Shown: positions 25,152 through 33,753 of the stretch, in pieces
Layout of the letters: every line of letters starts with the position of its first letter
How positions within the stretch are numbered: the stretch's first letter is position 1
DNA from: a virus
Lineage: Duplodnaviria; Heunggongvirae; Uroviricota; Caudoviricetes
Reading direction: 5' to 3' (one strand)
DNA length: 33,753 bases
IMG/VR virus record: IMGVR_UViG_2579778538_000002
The notes under the pieces: generated by a model
The model's database searches: none
Told to the model about the DNA's origin: nothing
The model's input: the letters and a program-made list of their open reading frames with translations, nothing else
Program-made: the position numbers and the translations under genes

Positions 25152-25340
25152 ATGACTGCAGAACAAGTCAAAGCTCTCTTCCGCCAGCGCGGGATCACTT
25201 TCACCCGCTGGGCAGAAGAAAACGGCTACAACCGCAATGAGGTATACCGCGTTCTCAACGGGCAGACCAAAGCCCGTTACGGTAAATCCCATGAAATCGC
25301 CGTGAAGTTGGGACTGAAATCAACAGCTCAGGCGGCCTAA
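25152..25340 (+). CDS. small DNA-binding early regulator (Cro/Ner functional analogue)
   Basis: 62 aa, first gene of the early operon, AAGGAG Shine-Dalgarno; HTH-like segment FTRWAEENGYNRNEVYRVLNGQ. Confidence 0.6.
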   Translation: MTAEQVKALFRQRGITFTRWAEENGYNRNEVYRVLNGQTKARYGKSHEIAVKLGLKSTAQAA

Positions 25341-25392
25341 ATATTTTGAGTCTTTGTAAAAGGTTATCACATATCGCAAAAGAGGTATGCAG

Positions 25393-25701
25393 ATGAGTAA
25401 GACGAATGTTTCAAGCTCCGGCAGTCGCATCCTCCGGGTACTCAAAGCGCTGCGCGGTCATGCCCTGAACGGTATTTCTAACGGTGAACTGGCGACAGCA
25501 CTGCACGAGTCACCGGCAAACATCAACCGGGCACTCAACACCCTCATTGAAGAAGGGCTGGCTCTGAAACTGGAGAACGGACGTTTTGCACCGGGCATCC
25601 AGTTACTGCAGATCGCCATGGCCCACAGTAACGAGATGGCACGTGCACAGGATCGTATTAACGAAATTAACCAACGTGTCATTTCAGGTAGTCGTTTGTA
25701 A
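25393..25701 (+). CDS. winged-helix DNA-binding protein (IclR/MarR-like N-terminal HTH)
   Basis: ILRVLKALRGHALNGISNGELATALHESPANINRALNTLIEEGL resembles a winged-helix HTH; start set at ATG 25393 (Shine-Dalgarno AGAGG). Confidence 0.5.
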   Translation: MSKTNVSSSGSRILRVLKALRGHALNGISNGELATALHESPANINRALNTLIEEGLALKLENGRFAPGIQLLQIAMAHSNEMARAQDRINEINQRVISGSRL

Positions 25702-25711
25702 GGAGTAATCA

Positions 25712-26632
25712 ATGGGACGTACCAAATCACCGATTAACACTGAACTGAACGCCGATGTACCGCTGTCGGATGATCTCAACGTCAGCCTGAATGCCATGAC
25801 ACAGCATCGCATGGAGATCATGCAGCAGTTTGGTGATGGACTGCCTTATGAACGTGAACGCATCGTTCACGAAGCACGTTTTTATATGGCGCAGAGTGCT
25901 GAATCTATGTTGGAAGCGGGTAAGCGGCTGATCATCTTAAAAGAAAATGAACCGCATGGTGATTTCACAAATATTCTGGAAAACGACCTCGGATTAGCAC
26001 CACAGGTAGCTCGTCGCATGATGCAGGCCAGCGTGAAATTTCTCGGCAATGGAGATGAACAGCCAAAACGCTCAGCGCTGAGCGTTTTGGGAAAAACCAA
26101 GTTATATGAACTGATGGTTCTGGATGACGAAGAACTCGACGCATTAGCTGATGGTGGAACCGTCGCCGGTGCAACGCTTGATGATATTGATCGCATGACC
26201 AGCCGCGAACTGAAGGCCGCCCTGCGTGAAGCGCGCGAAACCAACGCAGCTCAGCAACAGGTGCTTGCCGGAAAGGACGAAAAAATCAACGAACTGGCCA
26301 CAAAACTGGAGAAGAAATCGCGCCTGCAACCTCCGCCGCCAGACGAAGAACTGAAAAAATTGCGGGCGGAAGTGACGGCATTAGCGGTTGAGGCCGAATC
26401 GGCTATCGCCGTCCGGCTGTCCAGTGTTTTTGAGACCCTGTGTGAATACTGCACCAAAAACATGATCGATACCCCCAGAGATTTCATGGCCGGTCTGGTC
26501 TGCCAGATTGAACGCAGTGTTCATGCATTACGTGAGACGTTTGACCTTGAGGCCGCTCCATCGGGTAACGATGCCCCCGCCTGGCTGACCGAACCGGAAC
26601 CTGAAATCAACCGACCGGAGGATATGCAGTAA
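25712..26632 (+). CDS. hypothetical early protein, coiled-coil with Pro-rich linker
   Basis: 306 aa, between the regulators and the transposase; central heptad-like region and QPPPPDEE linker. Confidence 0.5.
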   Translation: MGRTKSPINTELNADVPLSDDLNVSLNAMTQHRMEIMQQFGDGLPYERERIVHEARFYMAQSAESMLEAGKRLIILKENEPHGDFTNILENDLGLAPQVARRMMQASVKFLGNGDEQPKRSALSVLGKTKLYELMVLDDEELDALADGGTVAGATLDDIDRMTSRELKAALREARETNAAQQQVLAGKDEKINELATKLEKKSRLQPPPPDEELKKLRAEVTALAVEAESAIAVRLSSVFETLCEYCTKNMIDTPRDFMAGLVCQIERSVHALRETFDLEAAPSGNDAPAWLTEPEPEINRPEDMQ

Positions 26633-26949
26633 TGAATACGAATAACACACAAAATACCCTGATGGACAGCCCGGAGGCACTGGGGCACGCACTGTGTAAT
26701 CTGCTGCCGGAGATGGTGCAGGGTTTCCGCGTGGTGACCCCTTCCGGTGAAATCTGCGTACCCGCACAGGAGACGCACCCGTTTGTACTGACGATGGAGG
26801 TGATGCTGATGCAGCAGATAAGACGTCTGCAGAATCAGTCAGCATTACGCCCGGTAGTTGCACCGCAACCGGTAAATACCGTGGTGAAAACCTGCGATGG
26901 CGAAACACTGTGCGACCTCGCCAGAAAAATTGCCGCCAGAATCGGATAA
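26632..26949 (+). CDS. hypothetical early protein (105 aa)
   Basis: ATGA overlap with upstream gene; no recognisable motifs. Confidence 0.45.
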   Translation: MNTNNTQNTLMDSPEALGHALCNLLPEMVQGFRVVTPSGEICVPAQETHPFVLTMEVMLMQQIRRLQNQSALRPVVAPQPVNTVVKTCDGETLCDLARKIAARIG

Positions 26950-26964
26950 CAGGGAAGACAAGCT

Positions 26965-28734
26965 ATGACCCCGGCACTGACTGAAAAACTGGTTGAAACA
27001 GCCCGCGCGGCACGTGACGCGGGGCATGGTAAACGCGGTGCAATATACGACGCTGCCTGTGCTGAACTTGGCATGTCCCGCGCCACTCTGCTGCGCAGGC
27101 TGAAGGAGGTATCTGTGACTGATAAACGCAAAAAACGCGCCGATGCCGGGCGCAGCGCCCTGACCCGCGACGAAGCCGCGCTGATATCTGCCACACTGCG
27201 TGAGGCCACCCGCAAGAACGGTAAGCGTCTCTATTCCATCGCAGATGCAGTGGAAACCCTGCGGGCTAACGGCTTTATCACCGCAGGCAGAACAGATGAA
27301 ACCACCAGTGAGTTTTTCCCGTTGTCTGAAGATGCCATCAGCCGTGCTCTGCGTAACTATGGCCTGCACCCGGAACAACTGGATGCCCCTGCACCACATA
27401 CCGAAGTGGCCAGTCTGCATCCCAATCATGTCTGGCAGATTGACGCCTCACTCTGCACGCTTTACTACCTGAGCAATGGACATAAAGGGCTGCAGGTGAT
27501 GGACAGCGCGAAGTTCTACAAGAACAAGCCCGCTAACCTTGCCCGTATCGCCAGTGACCGCGTGTGGAGTTACGAGATTACCGACCATGCCAGCGGCTGG
27601 ATTTACGTTGAGTATGTGACGGGCGCGGAATCAGGTGAGAACCTGTGTTCTGTGCTTATCAACGCCATGCAGGAGCGTGGCGGCGCAGACGTGCTGCACG
27701 GCGTGCCGAAAATACTCTATCTCGACCCCGGCTCGGCAAACACCGCGGGTATGACGAAAAACATGTGCCGCTCACTGGGCATCGACCTGATAGCGCACAA
27801 GCCGCATAACGCCCGCGCCACCGGACAGGTGGAAAAGGCGCGTGACATTATCGAACGCAAGCTGGAGCCGGGTCTGAAGTTCCGGCCGGTTCACAGTCTG
27901 GAAGAACTCAACGCGCTGGCCGCGAAATGGCGCAGCCACTTTAACGCCACGGCTGTTCACAGCCGCCACGGTAAAACCCGCACGGATATCTGGCTGAAGA
28001 TTACTGCTGAGCAGCTGAAAAAAGCGCCTTCCGTTGAGGTATGTCGTGAACTGGCTGTGGCGGCACCAGAACTCCGCAAAGTCACGCCAAAACTTCGTGT
28101 CTCGTTCCGGGGCACTGAATTTGACGTATCAACGGTACCGGGCGTACTGGTTGGTGAAAAACTGATGATTACCCGTAACCCATGGCGCAGCGATGTGGCA
28201 CAGGTGGTTCTGACCGGTGAGGACGGCCACGAGACGTTCTTCCTGGTCGAAGAGGTCAGAAAGAACGAGTTTGGCTTTGCTGAAGGCGCGGCGGTATTTG
28301 GCGAAAGTTACAAAGCCCTGCCGGAAACCCCGGCACAGATGGCGGCAAAAGAAACCGAAGCGCTGGTTACCGGTACAGACAACGCCGCAGATGCAGCCGC
28401 CGCACGCAAGGCGAAGGCGCTGCCGTTCGGCGGGCGGCTTGACCCGTATAAACATATCGACGACACCACACTTCCGGCCTATATGCCGAAGCGTGGTCAG
28501 GCCTCTGACGTACGCGGGCCGCGCACTGAACAACGTCCCATGACTCATGTGGAGGCCGCGAAAGCCCTGCGCGATAAGTTCAGCGCCGACGGCCTTACCT
28601 GGACGCCGGAACATTACCGCCAGTTAACGGCACAGTACCCGGACGGCGTACCGGAAGCCGCACTGGATGAAGTCATGGCCACGCTGACCACACCGGCCCG
28701 CAGCAGTGTTATCAGCATTGTTAACGGCAACTGA
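26965..28734 (+). CDS. DDE transposase (Mu A-type, short B3/D3112-like form)
   Basis: 589 aa; N-terminal HTH region, then DDE core with candidate catalytic residues in HVWQIDAS, YLDPGSAN and TGQVEKAR; followed by the AAA+ B-type gene as in transposable phages. Confidence 0.85.
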   Translation: MTPALTEKLVETARAARDAGHGKRGAIYDAACAELGMSRATLLRRLKEVSVTDKRKKRADAGRSALTRDEAALISATLREATRKNGKRLYSIADAVETLRANGFITAGRTDETTSEFFPLSEDAISRALRNYGLHPEQLDAPAPHTEVASLHPNHVWQIDASLCTLYYLSNGHKGLQVMDSAKFYKNKPANLARIASDRVWSYEITDHASGWIYVEYVTGAESGENLCSVLINAMQERGGADVLHGVPKILYLDPGSANTAGMTKNMCRSLGIDLIAHKPHNARATGQVEKARDIIERKLEPGLKFRPVHSLEELNALAAKWRSHFNATAVHSRHGKTRTDIWLKITAEQLKKAPSVEVCRELAVAAPELRKVTPKLRVSFRGTEFDVSTVPGVLVGEKLMITRNPWRSDVAQVVLTGEDGHETFFLVEEVRKNEFGFAEGAAVFGESYKALPETPAQMAAKETEALVTGTDNAADAAAARKAKALPFGGRLDPYKHIDDTTLPAYMPKRGQASDVRGPRTEQRPMTHVEAAKALRDKFSADGLTWTPEHYRQLTAQYPDGVPEAALDEVMATLTTPARSSVISIVNGN

Positions 28735-28744
28735 GGAGGGAAAC

Positions 28745-29911
28745 ATGCTGGTACTGAAGCAGCAACTGAAAGAGGCCCGTATTCCACAGGCGGTGGTGGC
28801 GAGAGCTGTCGATGTTTCTGAGGCCACGCTGGCCCAGATTGTGAATCATAACGCGTGGCCCCGCACCAGCCCCGGAGAAGTGCGCCGGCGTCTTGCGTCC
28901 TGGCTGGAAAGTCAGGGGATTGATACAACGAAGAGTTTTGATGCTGTACAGGGCGCGGCCACGCCCCGTACAGCGGGTACCACAGATAAAACGAGCCTCA
29001 GTGAGGAAGAGAATATGTTACTCAAAAAACAGGTGTTATTTCCAGCAACCAAAAAAGCGTTTGGTCTTTTCCGTGACCCGTTCGCCGACGAAGCCATGCA
29101 GGGTTCTGATGATGTGTTCACCACCCCGGACATTCGCTACGTGCGTGAGGCGCTGTACCAGACAGCCCGTCATGGTGGGTTTATGGCCGTCATCGGTGAG
29201 TCCGGTGCGGGTAAATCCACGCTGCGCCGCGACCTGACTGAACGTATCAACCGCGAGAATGCGCCGGTAATTGTTATCGAGCCATACATCATCGCTATGG
29301 AAGACAACGATGTGAAAGGGAAAACCCTGAAGGCAGCAGCTATTGCCGAAGCCATTATCAGTACCATCGCACCACTGGAAAGCATCAGACGCAGTCAGGA
29401 CGCCCGTTTTCGCCAGTTGCATCGCGTCCTGAAAGACAGCAGCCAGGCGGGGTTCAGCCACGTTCTGGTGATTGAGGAGGCCCACAGTCTGCCCATTCCG
29501 ACACTGAAACACCTCAAACGCTTTTTTGAGCTGGAGTCCGGTTTCAAAAAACTGCTGTCCATCGTGCTGATTGGCCAGCCGGAACTGGCGACAAAACTGT
29601 CTGAACGCAATATGGAAGTCCGTGAAGTCGTTCAGCGCTGTGAGGTGGTCGAACTTCTGCCTCTGGACAATAACCTTGAAGAATTTCTGACGTTCAAACT
29701 GCAACGGGCCGGTAAACAGCTGACGGACATTATGGACGCCGGTGCAGTGGATGCCATACGTGCCCGCCTGAGCAATCCGGGAAGTCACCGTAAAAATATG
29801 GTCAGCCTGCTGTATCCGCTGGCCGTCAGTAACCTGGTAATAGCCGCCATGAATCTGGCCGCTGAAATCGGGGTTCCACAGGTCAACGCTGACGTTGTCA
29901 AAGGGGTTTAA
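28745..29911 (+). CDS. DNA transposition ATPase (Mu B-like AAA+ protein)
   Basis: Walker A GESGAGKST, Walker B-like HVLVIEEAH; start set at ATG 28745 after GAGGAGGG; immediately downstream of the transposase. Confidence 0.8.
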   Translation: MLVLKQQLKEARIPQAVVARAVDVSEATLAQIVNHNAWPRTSPGEVRRRLASWLESQGIDTTKSFDAVQGAATPRTAGTTDKTSLSEEENMLLKKQVLFPATKKAFGLFRDPFADEAMQGSDDVFTTPDIRYVREALYQTARHGGFMAVIGESGAGKSTLRRDLTERINRENAPVIVIEPYIIAMEDNDVKGKTLKAAAIAEAIISTIAPLESIRRSQDARFRQLHRVLKDSSQAGFSHVLVIEEAHSLPIPTLKHLKRFFELESGFKKLLSIVLIGQPELATKLSERNMEVREVVQRCEVVELLPLDNNLEEFLTFKLQRAGKQLTDIMDAGAVDAIRARLSNPGSHRKNMVSLLYPLAVSNLVIAAMNLAAEIGVPQVNADVVKGV

Positions 29912-29913
29912 TA

Positions 29914-30183
29914 ATGAAATCCACCACAGGTATCAACCAGCAAATCAGCAAAGTGCAGTCAGCCATTATGGCGCTTAAGGCGACGAACACGGATGTACAA
30001 AGCATCACCATCAGGGGTAACAAACCTGTCATCCGCGTTTCCCGGAGTGCGCATTGCATGCGCATGCTTGAGCAGGGAAAGGCCTGTTATCTGTATACCG
30101 GACATGACCACAGGGGATATTTCCGTCAGGGCGTTTTCGAACTGCACGGCTGTCGCGTCGTGTGGCCGGAATCTTTGTGGTAA
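29914..30183 (+). CDS. hypothetical early protein (89 aa)
   Basis: Tightly packed after B; no recognisable motifs. Confidence 0.45.
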   Translation: MKSTTGINQQISKVQSAIMALKATNTDVQSITIRGNKPVIRVSRSAHCMRMLEQGKACYLYTGHDHRGYFRQGVFELHGCRVVWPESLW

Positions 30184-30210
30184 TCAGCACAACTGGAGAA
30201 ATCATAAAAA

Positions 30211-30741
30211 ATGGCAAAAAGTACAAAAGGTGCAAAACGTATCAAGGCCGCAGCAGCACTCTGGGTGCCGGGGACACGTGAAGAGGTCATTGAGGGAATC
30301 AGACTACTCGGTGACGCACAACGTGAACTGGTCAGGGCTGAAACAGAAATGAATGACGCCATTGGCGATATCACCGCACGTTATGCCCCGCTCACCGAGA
30401 GCCTGAAAAAACGCATGGCCGAACTGCAGTCCGGTATTCAGACATGGTGTGAGGCACACCGTGATGAACTGACCGGCAACGGGAAGGTGAAGTTCGCTAA
30501 CCTCACCACCGGCGAGGTGCAGTGGCGAAACCGTCCGCCATCAGTCAGTATCCGTGGGGCGGATAATGTTATTGAATTACTGAGACGTCTGGGGCTTGAG
30601 CGCTTTATTCGTGTAAAAGAGGAAATAAATAAAGACGCTATCCTGAATGAAAAAGAGGCCGTGAAAAATATTCCCGGTATTTCCATTAAAAGCGACATTG
30701 AGGATTTTTCAATAATTCCTTTTGAGCAGGATGTGCAGTAA
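30211..30741 (+). CDS. gam: host-nuclease inhibitor protein Gam (Mu Gam-like, Ku-like DNA end binding)
   Basis: 176 aa; near-colinear with phage Mu Gam as I recall it (MAK..KRIK.AAA...RLETEMNDAI...WCEA.RDELT..GKVK.ANL.TG.V.WR.RPPSVSIRG...ERLGL.RFIR.K.EINK.AIL...IEDFSIIPFEQ). Confidence 0.9.
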   Translation: MAKSTKGAKRIKAAAALWVPGTREEVIEGIRLLGDAQRELVRAETEMNDAIGDITARYAPLTESLKKRMAELQSGIQTWCEAHRDELTGNGKVKFANLTTGEVQWRNRPPSVSIRGADNVIELLRRLGLERFIRVKEEINKDAILNEKEAVKNIPGISIKSDIEDFSIIPFEQDVQ

Positions 30742-30838
30742 ACACACCACGTTAATTATTTAATAAAAACATTTTCTTTTTTATTCCGACGTCAGCGCCG
30801 CGGGCTTCTGCACGCCGGAAACAGAGGAGAATTAAATC

Positions 30839-31033
30839 ATGATATTTAAATGTATTCAGTGCGAGAGGGATATAACAGCCCTGCGTTTTCACAGCGCCAT
30901 CGCCGTGATGTCCGGTAAATACCACATCCCTGCGGTACGCGTCACCCTGGTCTGCCCGTACTGCAGCCAGCATTTTTCGGCAGACGTGCCCGTCATGGAA
31001 TTCTCCCGCCCTGACAGGGAGGACTCGCAATGA
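30839..31033 (+). CDS. small zinc-ribbon protein (CxxC...CxxC)
   Basis: 64 aa with CIQC and CPYC pairs about 30 residues apart; Shine-Dalgarno GAGGAG upstream. Confidence 0.45.
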   Translation: MIFKCIQCERDITALRFHSAIAVMSGKYHIPAVRVTLVCPYCSQHFSADVPVMEFSRPDREDSQ

Positions 31034-31302
31034 TTACCCCACAGGAAGCACGACAGCGCACCCGAACCCTTGTTGAACACTATGTCAACGAGTGTGAATG
31101 CCGCGACCTCACCGATGTGAAGCACGTCCTGACGGCGCTAATCAGCATGGCCACACAGGCCATTGTGGCGACCAACGGAAAGGAGGCTGCCCTGCAGGTA
31201 CTGATGAACACACTCACCCACACGGCAGAGCATGAGGTGCCGTACCGGATGGAAACCACTGCAGAAGGCGGCCTGCACATCACCGTCAGCCGGAAGCACT
31301 GA
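31030..31302 (+). CDS. hypothetical early protein (90 aa)
   Basis: ATGA overlap with upstream gene; contains CEC motif; no family assigned. Confidence 0.4.
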   Translation: MITPQEARQRTRTLVEHYVNECECRDLTDVKHVLTALISMATQAIVATNGKEAALQVLMNTLTHTAEHEVPYRMETTAEGGLHITVSRKH

Positions 31303-31311
31303 GGGCGCGGC

Positions 31312-31608
31312 ATGACACGAAACACCGAACTCACCCGCACCGCCCTCTACCGTCTGGCCCTGCAGCGTTTCGGGCCGGACGCACAGGCCCTGAAACTGGC
31401 AGAAGAGGCCGCTGAACTGGCGGCCAGTGCCGCCCGCAACCTGAACGGACAGGGCAGCGAAAGTGACCTCGCGGCAGAGCTGGCAGACGTGGAAATCATG
31501 ACAGAGCAACTGCGCCTTCAGGGGATGGACCGGCTGATTGACTTCCACAAACAGAAAAAACTGGAACGTCTGGCTGCACGACTGGGCGTGATTTACACGA
31601 ACGAGTAA
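31312..31608 (+). CDS. MazG-like nucleotide pyrophosphohydrolase (small all-alpha NTP-PPase)
   Basis: 98 aa with paired acidic motifs LAEEAAELAASA and AAELADVEIM, resembling the EExxE...ExxD metal-binding motifs of MazG-type proteins; assignment from motif only. Confidence 0.5.
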   Translation: MTRNTELTRTALYRLALQRFGPDAQALKLAEEAAELAASAARNLNGQGSESDLAAELADVEIMTEQLRLQGMDRLIDFHKQKKLERLAARLGVIYTNE

Positions 31609-31622
31609 CCGGGAGGCATTCA

Positions 31623-31838
31623 ATGGCTGACATACTCAGGGAAATCACCGCATGGACACTGATTCTTACTGGCCTGGCGACATGCCTCAGTGCGGGGGCA
31701 GCCCTGGCTGCCCTGCTGATGCACATAACAACACAGTGGTTATGGGAAAAGCTTAAAGCAGCATACAGCCTGAAAGAGCTGTCCGACGCTGTCCGGGCAT
31801 GGAAACGGCAGAAAAATACCGGAGATACAGAACAATGA
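31623..31838 (+). CDS. small membrane protein (one TMD)
   Basis: 71 aa; hydrophobic segment WTLILTGLATCLSAGAALAALLM. Confidence 0.4.
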   Translation: MADILREITAWTLILTGLATCLSAGAALAALLMHITTQWLWEKLKAAYSLKELSDAVRAWKRQKNTGDTEQ

Positions 31839-32518
31839 CAGACCAGAATAAACACATTGAGAAACTGAAAAAGTTGCTGGCGCTGGCCGCATCCGGCAAC
31901 CCGCACGAGGCCGCTCTGGCACTGCGCCGAGCCCGTAAACTGATGGATGTTCACGGCATCACACATTCCGACATTGCTATGAGTGATATTGATGAAACCA
32001 TCAGTCACTACTGGCCGACAGGCAGTCTCCGTCCACCGCGCTACATGCTGGGCCTGATGAACATCATCCGCGAGGTATTTGGTGTTAACTCCATCATTCA
32101 CCCCGGCACGCATCCGTCTGTGGGGTTCTACGGCAACCGGGAACGTGCGGCACTGGCTGCATACACCTGGGAAGTGCTGGCCCGTCAGCTGAAAAAGGCG
32201 CGTCAGCAGTATATCAGTGCACAGAACAAAAGAATAAAAACCGCCACCCGCACCAGCCGTGGAGACCAGTTTGCCGAAGGCTGGGTGCTGGCCGTTATCA
32301 GTGAAATACAGTCCTTTGCCCTGACCGATGATGAGCGTGAACTGATGCAGCAGTGGCTGGAACATAAATACCCGCAGACGCAAACCACCAGGGCGCGTAA
32401 ACCGGGAAGAAGCCGCAATGGCGACGCCTCGCGCTATGCGGGGTTTCGTGAAGGGCAGAACGTCAGACTGCACCGCCCGGTCAGTGGGCAGGAACAACAG
32501 AAACTGGAGGCCAGATGA
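31835..32518 (+). CDS. DUF2786-like early protein
   Basis: Start set at ATG 31835 (GGAGA upstream); N-terminus HIEKLKKLLALAASGNPHEAALALRRARKLMDVHGI matches the DUF2786 pattern common in prophage early regions (from memory). Confidence 0.5.
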   Translation: MTDQNKHIEKLKKLLALAASGNPHEAALALRRARKLMDVHGITHSDIAMSDIDETISHYWPTGSLRPPRYMLGLMNIIREVFGVNSIIHPGTHPSVGFYGNRERAALAAYTWEVLARQLKKARQQYISAQNKRIKTATRTSRGDQFAEGWVLAVISEIQSFALTDDERELMQQWLEHKYPQTQTTRARKPGRSRNGDASRYAGFREGQNVRLHRPVSGQEQQKLEAR

Positions 32519-32745
32519 TTACGCTATCAGGTAAAAGCCGGAAATTAAAAGCCTGCCGAATATCTGCCAGATACCTTTTTGCCCGCGCCTTTTTTAAGAA
32601 CGTCAGGCCGGGGATCACAATTGGTGTTATTGCCGGACGCGAACAGGTTGAAAAATACATGTCAGGTGCATGGTGGAATAACGACCCTGTCATTGCTGCC
32701 CGTAATATTCATATCGAATGGGGAGGTATTCAGAATGACTACTGA
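32515..32745 (+). CDS. hypothetical early protein (76 aa)
   Basis: ATGA overlap with upstream gene; basic; no family assigned. Confidence 0.35.
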   Translation: MITLSGKSRKLKACRISARYLFARAFFKNVRPGITIGVIAGREQVEKYMSGAWWNNDPVIAARNIHIEWGGIQNDY

Positions 32746-32941
32746 AACCATTGTCTGTTTTCTTTTCTGGTATATGTACGCAGGATCATGCAGCGCAAGA
32801 CTTCATCGTTCCCTGGGCTATGGCAGGCACTACGACACCGCGCATTACATCCTGTACATGACCGCCGTCATGTTGTTCTGGCCAGTCACCCTGCCAGCTG
32901 CAACCGACATTGTTGCCGACAGACTGAAAAAAAGGAGATGA
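32735..32941 (+). CDS. small hydrophobic protein (two predicted TMDs)
   Basis: Internal ATG of track ORF 32579-32941 preceded by GGGAGG; hydrophobic segments VCFLFWYMYAG and YILYMTAVMLFWPVTL. Confidence 0.35.
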   Translation: MTTETIVCFLFWYMYAGSCSARLHRSLGYGRHYDTAHYILYMTAVMLFWPVTLPAATDIVADRLKKRR

Positions 32942-32942
32942 T

Positions 32943-33392
32943 ATGCAGAAAAAACGCCTGATACAGCTTATCCATATTGCCCGTAATGAACTGGGTATGG
33001 ATGAAGACACCTACCGCCAGATGTTACAGGGGCTGACCGGTAAAGCCTCAACCAAAGGAATGGATACCACACAACTAAACTGCGTGCTGGAATCCATGAA
33101 AAAGAAAGGCTTTCGCGTTAAACCAGCCAGAAAAGCCAGCTCCGGTTTACCGCTTGATAACCATCCGCAGTCCAGGAAAATTCGTGCGCTATGGCTTGAA
33201 ATGGCTGCTGCCGGCATTGTTCGTGACCGTTCAGAAAATGCATTAGCGAGGTGGATCAAGCGGGAAACGGGCATCAGCGCCCTGCGCTGGCTCAGTACTG
33301 AACAGGCAAGCAGTGTTATTGAGAAACTGAAGAAGTGGCAGCGCAGAGCTGCGGGAGTCAAACATGAGCGACCTGAATCAGTTTCGAAGTAA
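32943..33392 (+). CDS. gemA: GemA/gp16-like early regulatory protein
   Basis: 149 aa directly upstream of mor as in Mu; N-terminus RLIQLIHIARNELGMDEDTYRQMLQGLTGKAS fits the Mu gp16/GemA family pattern (from memory). Confidence 0.55.
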   Translation: MQKKRLIQLIHIARNELGMDEDTYRQMLQGLTGKASTKGMDTTQLNCVLESMKKKGFRVKPARKASSGLPLDNHPQSRKIRALWLEMAAAGIVRDRSENALARWIKRETGISALRWLSTEQASSVIEKLKKWQRRAAGVKHERPESVSK

Positions 33393-33753
33393 GGGGCCGG
33401 AACTCCTGGTGGAACTGGCACAGCATACCTCTGAGACCGTTCGCGAGATTATTGATATTGAGCCCGAAGTTGCCGACCAGATTGGTCAGGCCGTCGCGAA
33501 CCGAATGATGCAGGTCTGGGGCGGGCAAAACGTTTATTTCCCGATGGGCATGGTATGGAAGGTCAGTCAGCGCGACCGGGAAATCTTCAGGGAGTTTAAC
33601 GGACGCAACCACCACGAACTGGCCCGCAAATTTGGTGTTTCGCTTCAGTGGGTCTACAGCGTGGTTAAGCGGGTAAGAAAAGAAGAACTGGATCGGATGC
33701 AGGGCAAGCTATTTGCTGATGAACCCGATGCAGATACGGAGAAAAAAGAGTAA
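33364..33753 (+). CDS. mor: middle operon regulator Mor (Mor/C-family transcription activator)
   Basis: 129 aa (same length as Mu Mor); C-terminal HTH region FNGRNHHELARKFGVSLQWVYSVVKRVR parallels Mu Mor FNGRN..EL....GV....VY...RR.R; overlaps gemA-like gene by 29 nt. Confidence 0.85.
   Translation: MSDLNQFRSKGPELLVELAQHTSETVREIIDIEPEVADQIGQAVANRMMQVWGGQNVYFPMGMVWKVSQRDREIFREFNGRNHHELARKFGVSLQWVYSVVKRVRKEELDRMQGKLFADEPDADTEKKE

Noticed and set aside
30742-30838. AT-rich 97-bp gap after gam with an A/T-only inverted repeat (AATAAAAA...TTTTTATT)
   Set aside because: Could be an internal promoter or weak terminator, but the stem is A/T-only and no convincing -35/-10 pair was found by eye; left uncalled pending transcript mapping.

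Overview
Almost the whole window is one Mu-like transposable prophage with a contractile tail and a P2-type baseplate; no rRNA, tRNA or CRISPR array was seen. The late operon runs right-to-left on the minus strand (about 449-22177): holin-like protein, transglycosylase endolysin, nested i-/o-spanin pair, terminase small and large subunits, portal, Mu F/G/I head proteins, major capsid, sheath, tube, frameshifted tail chaperone, tape measure (with an internal 2 x 261 bp tandem duplication) and gpU/X/D/V/W/J/I-like baseplate genes. The early operon runs left-to-right on the plus strand (25152-33753): Cro/Ner-like regulator, winged-helix protein, two unknowns, DDE transposase A, AAA+ protein B, Gam, a run of small unknown genes (zinc ribbon, MazG-like, DUF2786-like), GemA-like and Mor. 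Between the two divergent operons lie an XRE-type repressor with a palindromic operator, an orphan Dam-like methyltransferase, and a three-gene accessory island (P-loop kinase-like protein plus two small unknowns) that is the best candidate for an undescribed system. At the left edge an IS-type transposase orfA begins where tail-fibre genes would be expected. All family names are from my own reading of motifs and gene order; no database search was run. CDS coordinates follow the supplied ORF track, with some starts moved to internal codons; hairpin and motif coordinates were counted by hand and may be off by 1-2 nt.
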